From Chloroflexota bacterium (lineage in GTDB: Bacteria > Chloroflexota > Dehalococcoidia > JACPPT01), in NCBI GenBank assembly GCA_016190815.1, contig JACPPT010000063.1:2370-66369 (forward strand): DNA of 64,000 bases, read 5' to 3'. A program made the position numbers and the translations under genes. Positions 8,736 to 16,487 of the stretch are shown in pieces. Position 1 is the stretch's first letter. Every line of letters begins with the position of its first letter. The notes under the pieces are model-generated. The model saw only the letters and a program-made list of their open reading frames with translations. It did no database searches and was not told where the DNA came from.

Positions 8736-9353
8736 GTGTCTAATTGGCTTGAAATGACCCAAGAGCAACTTTTAGATGATAAAGAACGGCTGAAACAAAG
8801 CCTATCGCCCATACCTGAAGCCTTTGCAAAACCTATCCTTGTTCTGGTGATCGGCTTACCTGGCACAGGCAAGTCTTTCCTCAGTAGAAGACTCGCAGAA
8901 CGCTTCCCATTCCTTATCCTTGAAACCGATGCCCTACGGAGAGTTCTAGTCCAGCAGCCCCAATATAGCGCTGAGGAAAACGCTCGCCTTTTTCGGGCTT
9001 GCCACGCCATTATCGAAGAGCTATTGGAAAGGGGCATTCCAATCATTTTCGACGCGACAAACCTGGTGGAACATCACAGGGAGAGGCTCTACCATATCGT
9101 AGAACAGAACAAAGGCAAGCTAATCCTGATCAGGGTCAAAGCCTCCTCCGAGACCGTCAGGGAGAGGCTTAACAAGCGGCTGGAAAAGGTAACCCCTGAA
9201 GACCATTCCACGGCGGATTGGACGACTTATCAGCGTATGCGCTCCTCGGTCGAGGCCATCCCTCGCAACCACTTCGTCGTCGACACAACCAAGGACATCA
9301 TCCCCGTCATAGAAAAGATTGTAAGGGGGATTAGAAAGTGGCTAAGGGAATAG
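8736..9353 (+). CDS. P-loop kinase / AAA_33-type ATP-binding protein
   Basis: Walker A motif VIGLPGTGKSF. Size and layout resemble gluconate-kinase/zeta-like small kinases. Start is uncertain (GTG 8736 or ATG 8754). Confidence 0.7.
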   Translation: MSNWLEMTQEQLLDDKERLKQSLSPIPEAFAKPILVLVIGLPGTGKSFLSRRLAERFPFLILETDALRRVLVQQPQYSAEENARLFRACHAIIEELLERGIPIIFDATNLVEHHRERLYHIVEQNKGKLILIRVKASSETVRERLNKRLEKVTPEDHSTADWTTYQRMRSSVEAIPRNHFVVDTTKDIIPVIEKIVRGIRKWLRE

Positions 9354-9369
9354 AAAGGGAAGGGCAGAG

Positions 9370-10374
9370 ATGAAGACCATATCCAGGTTTTTCAAAATAG
9401 TGGGCTATGGAATTCTCGGGGTATTGGTGATATGGGGTTTCCTCCTTGTGCTTCTTGTGGGGGGTTTCCTTGGGGCTTACTGGTATTTCACTCACAACCA
9501 GGTCAAAGCGACGATGTCAATCCCAATCACTGATGAAAAAGGCCAGACTCGAAACGTTGTACTGGATTTGACCAACGAGGAATGGATCTCCAAGGAGGAC
9601 CTTCAGCGGGTCTTGAATGAGGGAGTAGTTCAGACCCACTTCCAATTCTTTGTGGGTCCCAAGGACTTCAAAGTGGGAGGGATGAGGCTGGTCGTTAGAG
9701 TGCCCATTGAGCAGTTTGTGGGCGATTTGACCGATTCTCTCAGAGGCGAGCTTATAGGCACCGCCCAGGAGAAGGGCCTCATCGGAGACACCGTAGCCAA
9801 ACTGGAAGAAGAGCTGGGCGTAGAGCACCCCCTGGGATTAAATCTTACCAAGATGATTCAGGATGCTGTTGGCGGCGCACTGGGGGCAGGGCCAGCGCAG
9901 TTTCTCTTCCGAGGTGAGGCTGGCAAGACTGCAACTGACCTCCTTGCAATGCCCAAGGAAGACCTGATAAAGCTCTTCGGCCCGGACTATCAGCGGGTCA
10001 TCAACGACATATTCGCCGGTGCCACAGACAAGACGTTGGCAGAAGTTTTCTCCCAGGACCCCAAGAGGGCTATGGATATAATGAAAAATGAAGTTCCTCC
10101 ACAAAATTTGCGGGACATGGCCAATACCCTCTTTGGGGAGCAAGCGAAGCAGACCATGGGCCAGATCCAAGCATCCGTACCCCCAGAGCAGCTAAAGACC
10201 TTCTTTGGGGAAGACTACCTGGCAGAAATGCAAAGGGTCTTCGGTGGTAGCACCACCAAGACCCTGGGAGACGTCTTCGTTGAAGACCCCTGGAAGGTTG
10301 TGGAGATCATTGAGAGAACCCAAAAGGGCATGCTGCTTCAGGGAATTCTGGGAGGCCTTTCAGGAGGCAAGTAG
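9370..10374 (+). CDS. hypothetical N-terminally membrane-anchored protein with internal repeat
   Basis: One N-terminal TM helix. Two ~37-aa repeats (LFGPDYQRVINDIFAGATDKTLAEVFSQDP / FFGEDYLAEMQRVFGGSTTKTLGDVFVEDP). No family recognised. Confidence 0.55.
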   Translation: MKTISRFFKIVGYGILGVLVIWGFLLVLLVGGFLGAYWYFTHNQVKATMSIPITDEKGQTRNVVLDLTNEEWISKEDLQRVLNEGVVQTHFQFFVGPKDFKVGGMRLVVRVPIEQFVGDLTDSLRGELIGTAQEKGLIGDTVAKLEEELGVEHPLGLNLTKMIQDAVGGALGAGPAQFLFRGEAGKTATDLLAMPKEDLIKLFGPDYQRVINDIFAGATDKTLAEVFSQDPKRAMDIMKNEVPPQNLRDMANTLFGEQAKQTMGQIQASVPPEQLKTFFGEDYLAEMQRVFGGSTTKTLGDVFVEDPWKVVEIIERTQKGMLLQGILGGLSGGK

Positions 10375-10401
10375 CCTTAATTTCGCAAGGGAGGCTTGAA
10401 G

Positions 10402-11916
10402 ATGGAAATAAAGGTTATTGCAGGAGACATAACAAAACAACCTGTAGATGCCATAATAGTCAACCTGTTTGAGGGTACGGAACGGCCCACAGGTGCTACG
10501 GCAGCCGTGGACCAGGCCTTGGAGGGCGCTATCTCCAGGCTCATCGCCCAGAGGGAGGCTAAGGGCAAAAAAGGAGAGGTGACCATAGTTCACACCATGG
10601 GGAAAATCGAACCTTTGCGAGTAGCTCTAGCGGGCATGGGGAAACAGGCCGAGCTAACCCTGGACACCATTCGAGGAGCCATGGGTGAGGCTTGCCGAGC
10701 GCTGCGAAAGACTGGCGCCAAGCGAGTGGCAACCATTGTGCATGGTGCAGGAATGGGTGGAATAGAGCCTGAAGAAGCGGCCATCGCCATAACCGAGGGA
10801 AGCATACTGGGGCTCTACACTTTCAAACGACATAAGTCGAAAATTGAGAACGAAACGGAGATCGAAGAGCTTACACTAGTGGAGCGAGAAGCCAGCAAGA
10901 TCCGGTCTCTAGAAAGAGGCGTGGCAAGAGGCAAGGTGCTCACCGATGCCACAGCTCTGACTCGAGACCTGGTGAACGAGCCCGCTAACTACATGACCCC
11001 TACAGACATGACCAACATCGCCAAGAAGGTGGCTGAAGAGAACAATATTGAGATTGAGGTATTAGAACGAGAGCATATGAGCGAGCTGGGCATGAACGCC
11101 CTCCTGGGGGTGGCAAAGGGGTCTACTCAACCGCCAAAGTTCATAATTCTACGTTACTGGGGGAACCGGGAAAACCCCAAAAAATTGGGACTTGTGGGTA
11201 AAGGGATAACCTTCGATTCCGGTGGGATCTCCCTCAAACCAGCCGAGGGTATGGGTGAGATGAAAGGGGATATGGCCGGGGGTGCCTCCGTTATAGCCAC
11301 CCTCGGCGCAGTGGCCAAGCTGCGACTCAAGATAAACGTGGTCGGCCTTGTGCCCGCCACTGAGAACCTCCCCTCAGGCTCCGCTCAAAAGCCCGGCGAT
11401 GTTGTGGTTGCCCTCAACAAGAAAACCATCGAAGTCGAAAACACCGATGCCGAGGGCAGGCTTATCCTGGCCGATGCCCTCGCCTACGGGCGCAAACTGG
11501 GGCTATCGGCTATGGTAGATGTGGCAACTCTTACCGGGGCAATACGTATCGCCCTGGGAACTCACTGCACAGGCGCCTTCACAAACAATCAGGACCTCGT
11601 CGATAAGGTGGTTCGCTCAGGGGAAAAGGCTGGAGAGAAAATATGGCAGATGCCCCTTTTTGAGGAGTACAAGGAGCAGATCAAAAGCGAGGTGGCAGAT
11701 ATCAAAAACACCGGAGGAAGGTTTGCTGGCTCCATAACCGGTGCCCTTTTCCTTGCGGAGTTCAGCGAAGATACCCCCTGGGTTCATCTGGACATCGCCG
11801 GGACGTCTACGAGCACAAGCGAAAAAGGATACACCGTAAAGGGTGCCACAGGCGTCCCCACAAGAACACTTATTAACTTGGCTCTCGCTTTGACCGAAGA
11901 GGGGGCTAAACAATAG
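10402..11916 (+). CDS. pepA: leucyl aminopeptidase (M17)
   Basis: NTDAEGRL motif, VGKGITFDSGG and MKGDMAGGA metal-site motifs. AGGGAGG lies 8 nt before ATG 10402. Confidence 0.92.
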   Translation: MEIKVIAGDITKQPVDAIIVNLFEGTERPTGATAAVDQALEGAISRLIAQREAKGKKGEVTIVHTMGKIEPLRVALAGMGKQAELTLDTIRGAMGEACRALRKTGAKRVATIVHGAGMGGIEPEEAAIAITEGSILGLYTFKRHKSKIENETEIEELTLVEREASKIRSLERGVARGKVLTDATALTRDLVNEPANYMTPTDMTNIAKKVAEENNIEIEVLEREHMSELGMNALLGVAKGSTQPPKFIILRYWGNRENPKKLGLVGKGITFDSGGISLKPAEGMGEMKGDMAGGASVIATLGAVAKLRLKINVVGLVPATENLPSGSAQKPGDVVVALNKKTIEVENTDAEGRLILADALAYGRKLGLSAMVDVATLTGAIRIALGTHCTGAFTNNQDLVDKVVRSGEKAGEKIWQMPLFEEYKEQIKSEVADIKNTGGRFAGSITGALFLAEFSEDTPWVHLDIAGTSTSTSEKGYTVKGATGVPTRTLINLALALTEEGAKQ

Positions 11917-11935
11917 AGAGGATGCGCATATAACG

Positions 11936-11970
11936 CAAAAAGGACTCCAGTTTGCGGAGTCCTTTTTGCT
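11936..11970. terminator. bidirectional rho-independent terminator
   Basis: AAAAGGACTCC-agtttgc-GGAGTCCTTTTT: an 11-bp stem with A/T runs on both sides. Serves pepA (+) and the micro-ORF unit (-). Confidence 0.75.
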
Positions 11971-11986
11971 TCAGTGTGTTTTCCTG

Positions 11987-12031
11987 TTACTTCTTTTTGG
12001 GAGCTGGCTTGCCTGCCGGCTTTTTAGCCAT
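11987..12031 (-). CDS. candidate 14-aa micro-ORF (MAKKPAGKPAPKKK)
   Basis: ATG preceded by AAAGGGGTGAT, a near-full match to the anti-SD complement, with a 6-nt spacer. Has its own promoter upstream and a strong terminator downstream. Too short to test for homology here. Confidence 0.3.
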   Translation of the reverse strand: MAKKPAGKPAPKKK

Positions 12032-12157
12032 TAAGGAATCACCCCTTTCTAAAACAAATTACCCCAGCACAAAGCTGGGGTATACAACGATATGATCTCT
12101 CGCTATGATATCTTGACTACGTTTATCCGGAACCTCAGTATCCATATATTTGGTTGC

Positions 12158-12186
12158 ATAGTATCATCTTTTCTTCGTATTGTCAA
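12158..12186 (-). promoter_or_regulatory. sigma70-type promoter (TTGACA-17-TACTAT)
   Basis: On the minus strand, TTGACA (12186-12181), a 17-nt spacer, then TACTAT (12163-12158). Lies just downstream of the stop of the 12238-13128 gene. Confidence 0.5.
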
Positions 12187-12237
12187 GGTCTTTCGTTATG
12201 ATTATGCCAACGGCCGGCCATGAAAACGCCCCTGCTC

Positions 12238-13128
12238 TCACGTTCTTGTTGGAAAGTCAGAGTGGGAAAAAGCAGGAAAGGCCGCTGCCTCCTCGGCTAG
12301 CTTGATGATGAGTCCACTGCACTCTTTGCATTCCTCGCGGGTCGGCATCCCAGCCGGTATCTTACTGGCGAGCCCCTGGAGCCTGTCCAGAACGTCCTGG
12401 CGCTGTACAAGATGACCCTGAAGCAGCCGATTGAGGGCACTAAGCTCTCTTTTATCCCTATCTAGCTCGTTTTGCTGGCGGACTATGGTAAACCAGCCTC
12501 TGGACACAAGAAACACCAGCGAGACGTAGAGAAGAAGAAAACCCACAAACACAACCAGCAAGATGAGCCTCTGCTGGCTTTTTATGAATGAATCATAGGG
12601 TGCATAATACTGGTAGATCTCAAGGGAGCCATCAGGCACCGCGGAGCCTGAGAAACGGATAGGGACATACACCTCCAACAGAGTGCCGAGCAGCCTCTCC
12701 CGCTGGTTCTCAACATCCTTTGGAACAGATATCTCCCTGGCGACACCCCCAGCCAGTGCCTGTTGTAGAGATGATTTGATGGGGAAACCCTGCCCCACCT
12801 GGGCGGGGTCCGTGGAATAGACCACTATTCCCTGCCTGTTCCATATCTTGATGCGCGCAGTGCGGGCAGATACCACGCTATCCTGCACAAAACGGTCAAG
12901 TTCAGCATAGCGCTCTCCGCTCACTCCTTGAAAGACATCCTCTGGAGTAAGTCTGGAGGTTACTCGCTGTGACAGAGTATCCTGGGCCTCCAACGACACT
13001 TCATTTAGAACCCGCTCTCGCAGACTCCTGCCAAGGAAAAGGACGAGAATTGTGGCAATAATTACCACGGATACGAGACTCACAAGGGAAAACTGCAACA
13101 AAAGGTTGTGACGCAACTGCTCTCGCAT
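12238..13128 (-). CDS. sensor-like membrane protein (TM - extracytoplasmic domain - TM - coiled coil), no kinase domain
   Basis: Topology resembles a histidine-kinase N-terminal half, but the protein ends after a coiled coil and a CKEC motif. AAAGGAGGA lies before ATG 13128. Confidence 0.6.
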   Translation of the reverse strand: MREQLRHNLLLQFSLVSLVSVVIIATILVLFLGRSLRERVLNEVSLEAQDTLSQRVTSRLTPEDVFQGVSGERYAELDRFVQDSVVSARTARIKIWNRQGIVVYSTDPAQVGQGFPIKSSLQQALAGGVAREISVPKDVENQRERLLGTLLEVYVPIRFSGSAVPDGSLEIYQYYAPYDSFIKSQQRLILLVVFVGFLLLYVSLVFLVSRGWFTIVRQQNELDRDKRELSALNRLLQGHLVQRQDVLDRLQGLASKIPAGMPTREECKECSGLIIKLAEEAAAFPAFSHSDFPTRT

Positions 13129-13295
13129 AGGTCCTCCTTTCACGGATCCCCTGGCTACATACGTATTCAATTGGATAAACGAGTACAACTCTAAGAATTC
13201 TTGCTTAAATCATATCATAAGAAACAAGTCGGAAGTCTTAAAAAGCGGGGGTGGTGAGGTGGTTGCCCCCTGCTCCGCTACAATAGCTAGACCTC

Positions 13296-13324
13296 TTGAC
13301 ACAAAAGGGCGGGCCGATTACCAT
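13296..13324 (+). promoter_or_regulatory. candidate gdh promoter (TTGACA-17-TACCAT)
   Basis: TTGACA at 13296-13301, 17-nt spacer, TACCAT at 13319-13324. Confidence 0.45.
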
Positions 13325-13395
13325 AGCCAAGGCGGGTGCAAGAATCTTGTCGTCCTGAATACGAGGATGAGCAAAAAGAGAAGGAGGCTAAAAAA

Positions 13396-14688
13396 GTGAC
13401 GGCAAAAGGCACAGCTCTGGCAGAGAAAAAACCGAAAGAGGAGATGGTGGGCCCTCTATTCCGAATGGCCAGGGAGCAGTTTCATACAGCCGCCGACAAG
13501 CTGGGGCTGGACACTGGGATGAGGGAGAACCTTGGTTCCTGCAAGCGAGAGCTCGTTGTACACTTCCCCGTGAAGATGGACGATGGACACCTGGAGGTCT
13601 TCGAGGGTTACAGGGTTCAACACAATATGGCAAGGGGTCCTGCCAAGGGCGGTTTGCGGTACCATCAAGAGATGAACCTGGACCACGCCAGGGCACTTGC
13701 TATGTGGATGACCTGGAAGTGCTCTGTCGTGAACATACCCTACGGTGGAGCCAAAGGAGGTGTGCGCTGCAATCCCAAGGAGATGTCCCGGGGTGAACTG
13801 GAGAGACTGACCAGGCGCTTTGCCACAGAGATATCTCCCATTATAGGGCCCGAAAAGGACATCCCCGCCCCCGATGTGTACACCGATCCCCAGGTAATGG
13901 CATGGATAATGGATACCTTCAGCATGCATCATGGATATTCCATACCTGGGGTAGTTACCGGCAAGCCCATAAGCATCGGTGGAAGCCTGGGAAGAGTAGA
14001 GGCCACAGGACGGGGCTGCGCTATAACAGCCAAGGGGGCCGCAGACCATCTGGGCATAAAGCTCCAGGGCTCAAACGTTATCGTTCAAGGCATAGGTAAT
14101 GTGGCAGCGGTGGCTGCCAAGCTTCTGGCAGAGATGGGTTCCAAAGTAACTGGCCTGAGCGATAGCAAAGGGGCGGTGTATAACAAAAAAGGTCTGAGCG
14201 TGGATGCCGTGATAGCCCACAAGCAGAAAACTGGAACCCTTGTGGGATACAGGGAGGCCGACTATACTACCAATGCCGAGCTTCTGGAGATGCCGTGCGA
14301 TATTTTGATTCCCGCTGCCATTGAGGGTCAGATAACAAGAGAGAATGCCCCCAGAATCAAAACAAGGGCCATCGTGGAGGGAGCCAACGGGCCCACCACC
14401 CCTGATGCAGACCCCATCCTCGACGCCAAAGACATCATGGTCGTCCCGGACATTCTAGCCAGCGCCGGCGGTGTGATAGTCTCCTACTTCGAATGGGTCC
14501 AGGACCTCAACCGCCACTTCTGGGAGGAGAGCCAGGTAAATCAAAACCTTGAGAGAATACTAAGCAAGGCTTTTGTGGACGTGCTGTCCACATCCAAAAA
14601 AGAAAGGATCAATATGCGCACGGCCGCCTACATGGTGGCTGTAAAGCGTGTTGTAGATGCCACCTTGGTAAGAGGTATCTATCCGTAG
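13396..14688 (+). CDS. gdhA: Glu/Leu/Phe/Val-family glutamate dehydrogenase
   Basis: NIPYGGAKGGV catalytic-Lys motif and GIGNVAAVAA Rossmann motif. Start set at GTG 13396, after GAAGGAGG with an 8-nt spacer. ATG 13444 is also possible. Confidence 0.92.
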   Translation: MTAKGTALAEKKPKEEMVGPLFRMAREQFHTAADKLGLDTGMRENLGSCKRELVVHFPVKMDDGHLEVFEGYRVQHNMARGPAKGGLRYHQEMNLDHARALAMWMTWKCSVVNIPYGGAKGGVRCNPKEMSRGELERLTRRFATEISPIIGPEKDIPAPDVYTDPQVMAWIMDTFSMHHGYSIPGVVTGKPISIGGSLGRVEATGRGCAITAKGAADHLGIKLQGSNVIVQGIGNVAAVAAKLLAEMGSKVTGLSDSKGAVYNKKGLSVDAVIAHKQKTGTLVGYREADYTTNAELLEMPCDILIPAAIEGQITRENAPRIKTRAIVEGANGPTTPDADPILDAKDIMVVPDILASAGGVIVSYFEWVQDLNRHFWEESQVNQNLERILSKAFVDVLSTSKKERINMRTAAYMVAVKRVVDATLVRGIYP

Positions 14689-14703
14689 AGCCAACTCTTC
14701 AGA

Positions 14704-14744
14704 CCACGCCTTTAAGGGCGTGTTTAAGGGCGTGGGCGCTTTTT
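14704..14744 (+). terminator. rho-independent terminator after gdh
   Basis: CCACGCCTTTAAG / TTTAAGGGCGTGG forms a 13-bp stem (with G-U pairs). It is followed by GCGCTTTTT, which abuts tRNA-His. Confidence 0.6.
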
Positions 14745-14822
14745 GGTGAGTGTAGCCGAGGGGTTTAAGGCGCCAGGTTGTGGCCCTGGAGAACGAGGGT
14801 TCGAATCCCTCCACTCACCCCA
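14745..14822 (+). tRNA. tRNA-His (GUG)
   Basis: Cloverleaf drawn by hand. Extra G-1 pairs with C73. Anticodon loop TTGTGGC. T-arm GAGGG-TTCGAAT-CCCTC. CCA is encoded. Confidence 0.9.
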
Positions 14823-14890
14823 TTTTCACACTTAAGTACGAACCCTGTGCTGTATAATATCTTTGTATCTTTCGAGGAGTTCAGGGTGAT

Positions 14891-14963
14891 GCGCCCGTAG
14901 CTCAGGGGATAGAGCATCGGTCTTCGGAACCGAGGGTCGTGGGTTCGAATCCCTCCGGGCGCG
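14891..14963 (+). tRNA. tRNA-Arg (UCG)
   Basis: Acceptor GCGCCCG/CGGGCGC. D-arm GCTC..GAGC. Anticodon loop CTTCGGA. T-arm GTGGG-TTCGAAT-CCCTC has one U-U mismatch. CCA is not encoded. Confidence 0.85.
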
Positions 14964-14975
14964 CAGAGGTGTTAT

Positions 14976-15812
14976 ATGAAGCTAGGCAATTTTGATATAG
15001 ATATTCTATCCGACGGCATAGTAAAGTTCGATGGCGGCTCTATGTTCGGTGTTGTGCCAAGGGTGCTCTGGGAAAAAAGGACACCGCCAGACAGGCAGAA
15101 CCGCATAAAGTTGGGATTGAACTGTCTGCTCATTCAGACGAAGACCAAAAATATCCTGGTGGACACAGGCGTGGGATCCAAAGAGCCCAAGAAGATAAGA
15201 GACATCTACGGGCTGGGGACAAGCCGGCTTCTACGGGAACTAAAGAGCCACGAACTTTCACCCAAGGACATAAATATAGTCATCCTGTCCCATCTTCATT
15301 TCGATCACGCAGGTGGTGCTACCAAGTTCGACCGTTCCAGAAATGTGGTCCCCACATTCCCAAAAGCCATGTACATGGTTCAGCGCTCAAGCTTTGAGGA
15401 TGCCTCTAACCCTGACGAGAGAAGCCAGGCAGGTTACCATGAGGGTGATTTCGTCCCCCTATTTGAGAAGGGGCGGCTCGAACTCCTCAACGGAGATACT
15501 GAGGTGTTGCCGGGCCTCTATACAAAGGTTACTGGCGGGCATGTCAAGGGACATCAGATAGTTGTTCTGAACTCTGGTGGGCATAAAGCCGTATTTCTAG
15601 CCGACTTCATCCCAACTCATCACCATCTAAACCTCCCATACATATCGGCATTCGACCTGTACCCCATGTCCACCCTGGAGGAGAAGAAACGCTTCCTCGA
15701 TCACGCTGAGAAGGATGGTTGGCTCCTTATATTTGGCCACGACACTGAGGAAAAGGCTGGCTATGTTGAAAAAAGGGGAGACCGACTCCATCTGAAGGTT
15801 GTTGAGGTATAA
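14976..15812 (+). CDS. MBL-fold metallo-hydrolase
   Basis: HLHFDHAGG metal-binding motif. Starts 13 nt after tRNA-Arg. Confidence 0.85.
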   Translation: MKLGNFDIDILSDGIVKFDGGSMFGVVPRVLWEKRTPPDRQNRIKLGLNCLLIQTKTKNILVDTGVGSKEPKKIRDIYGLGTSRLLRELKSHELSPKDINIVILSHLHFDHAGGATKFDRSRNVVPTFPKAMYMVQRSSFEDASNPDERSQAGYHEGDFVPLFEKGRLELLNGDTEVLPGLYTKVTGGHVKGHQIVVLNSGGHKAVFLADFIPTHHHLNLPYISAFDLYPMSTLEEKKRFLDHAEKDGWLLIFGHDTEEKAGYVEKRGDRLHLKVVEV

Positions 15813-15813
15813 G

Positions 15814-16437
15814 ATGGGATTGCCTATCACACTGGCCGTATACTCCGATTACATTTGACCCTGGTGCTACGTAGCAGCGGTTCGCCTGCAGAAGCTCAAA
15901 AATGAATACAACGAGAAAATCGCTATACAATGGAAGGGCTTCCCCCTGAGACCCCATCAAACCCCACCAGGCCCAATGAGCCAGCACAGTCGAGAGGGAA
16001 GACGACGTGCTGCGCAGGAGGAGAAAGAGGCCCATTTCTCTCCTTGGGACGATTCCCAGACCTACCCTACGTCCAGTATGCCGGCCCTCGAGGCTGCCAA
16101 GTGCGCCGAGCTCCAAGGGAAGGAGGCCTTTGACCAATTCCACCTGGCTCTTTTCGAGGCGTTCTTCGGAAGCAATAAGGACATAAGCCAGCGTGGGGCA
16201 CTGATTTCTGTAGCCGAAGCGACCAAGCTTGACCTGAAAAGGTTTATTTCAGACCTCGATTCCGGGAGCGCCAGACAAATCGTCCTAGCTGAGGCCAGGG
16301 AGGCCAGAGAGAAGTACGGCGATACTATTGGTGGAATACCCACAGTGGTCTTTCAGGGCAAATATCCCCTGGAAGGGGCAGTACCCCTGGAAATGTATCG
16401 TCGAGCTGTGGAAAGCCTCTCCAGAAGGAATGATTAA
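15814..16437 (+). CDS. DsbA/FrnE-family thiol oxidoreductase, predicted selenoprotein (Sec at codon 15, TGA 15856-15858)
   Basis: The frame is open from ATG 15814 to 16437 apart from one TGA. Translation LAVYSDYI-U-PWCYVAAV matches the DSBA N-terminal ..SD..CPWCY.. motif. C-terminal GIPTVVF cis-Pro loop is present. tRNA-Sec lies in the same window. Confidence 0.75.
15874..15889 (+). promoter_or_regulatory. candidate SECIS stem-loop
   Basis: GCAGCG-GTT-CG(C)CTGC hairpin starts 16 nt after the UGA. The apical loop begins with G about 22 nt after the UGA. Hand-folded only. Confidence 0.35.
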
Positions 16438-16487
16438 AAGCTAACCCAGCCTCCCCTACTCCCTTAGCTCTTTCCTTTTTGCCACAT

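Noticed and set aside
8730-8738. The iscX-like ORF and the following kinase ORF are in the same frame, separated by TGA plus one codon; UGA readthrough or Sec fusion was considered
   Set aside because: The stop falls at the natural end of the IscX alignment. There is no redox motif around it and no downstream hairpin was seen. The shared frame is probably coincidental.
14560-14814. 84-aa minus-strand ORF
   Set aside because: It overlaps the gdh 3' end, its terminator and tRNA-His.
15976-16437. Track ORF taken at face value as a 153-aa stand-alone protein starting at ATG 15976
   Set aside because: It begins in the middle of a DsbA fold and has no SD. The same frame is open upstream to 15814 except for one TGA at the CxxC position. 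It was re-interpreted as the C-terminal part of a selenoprotein.
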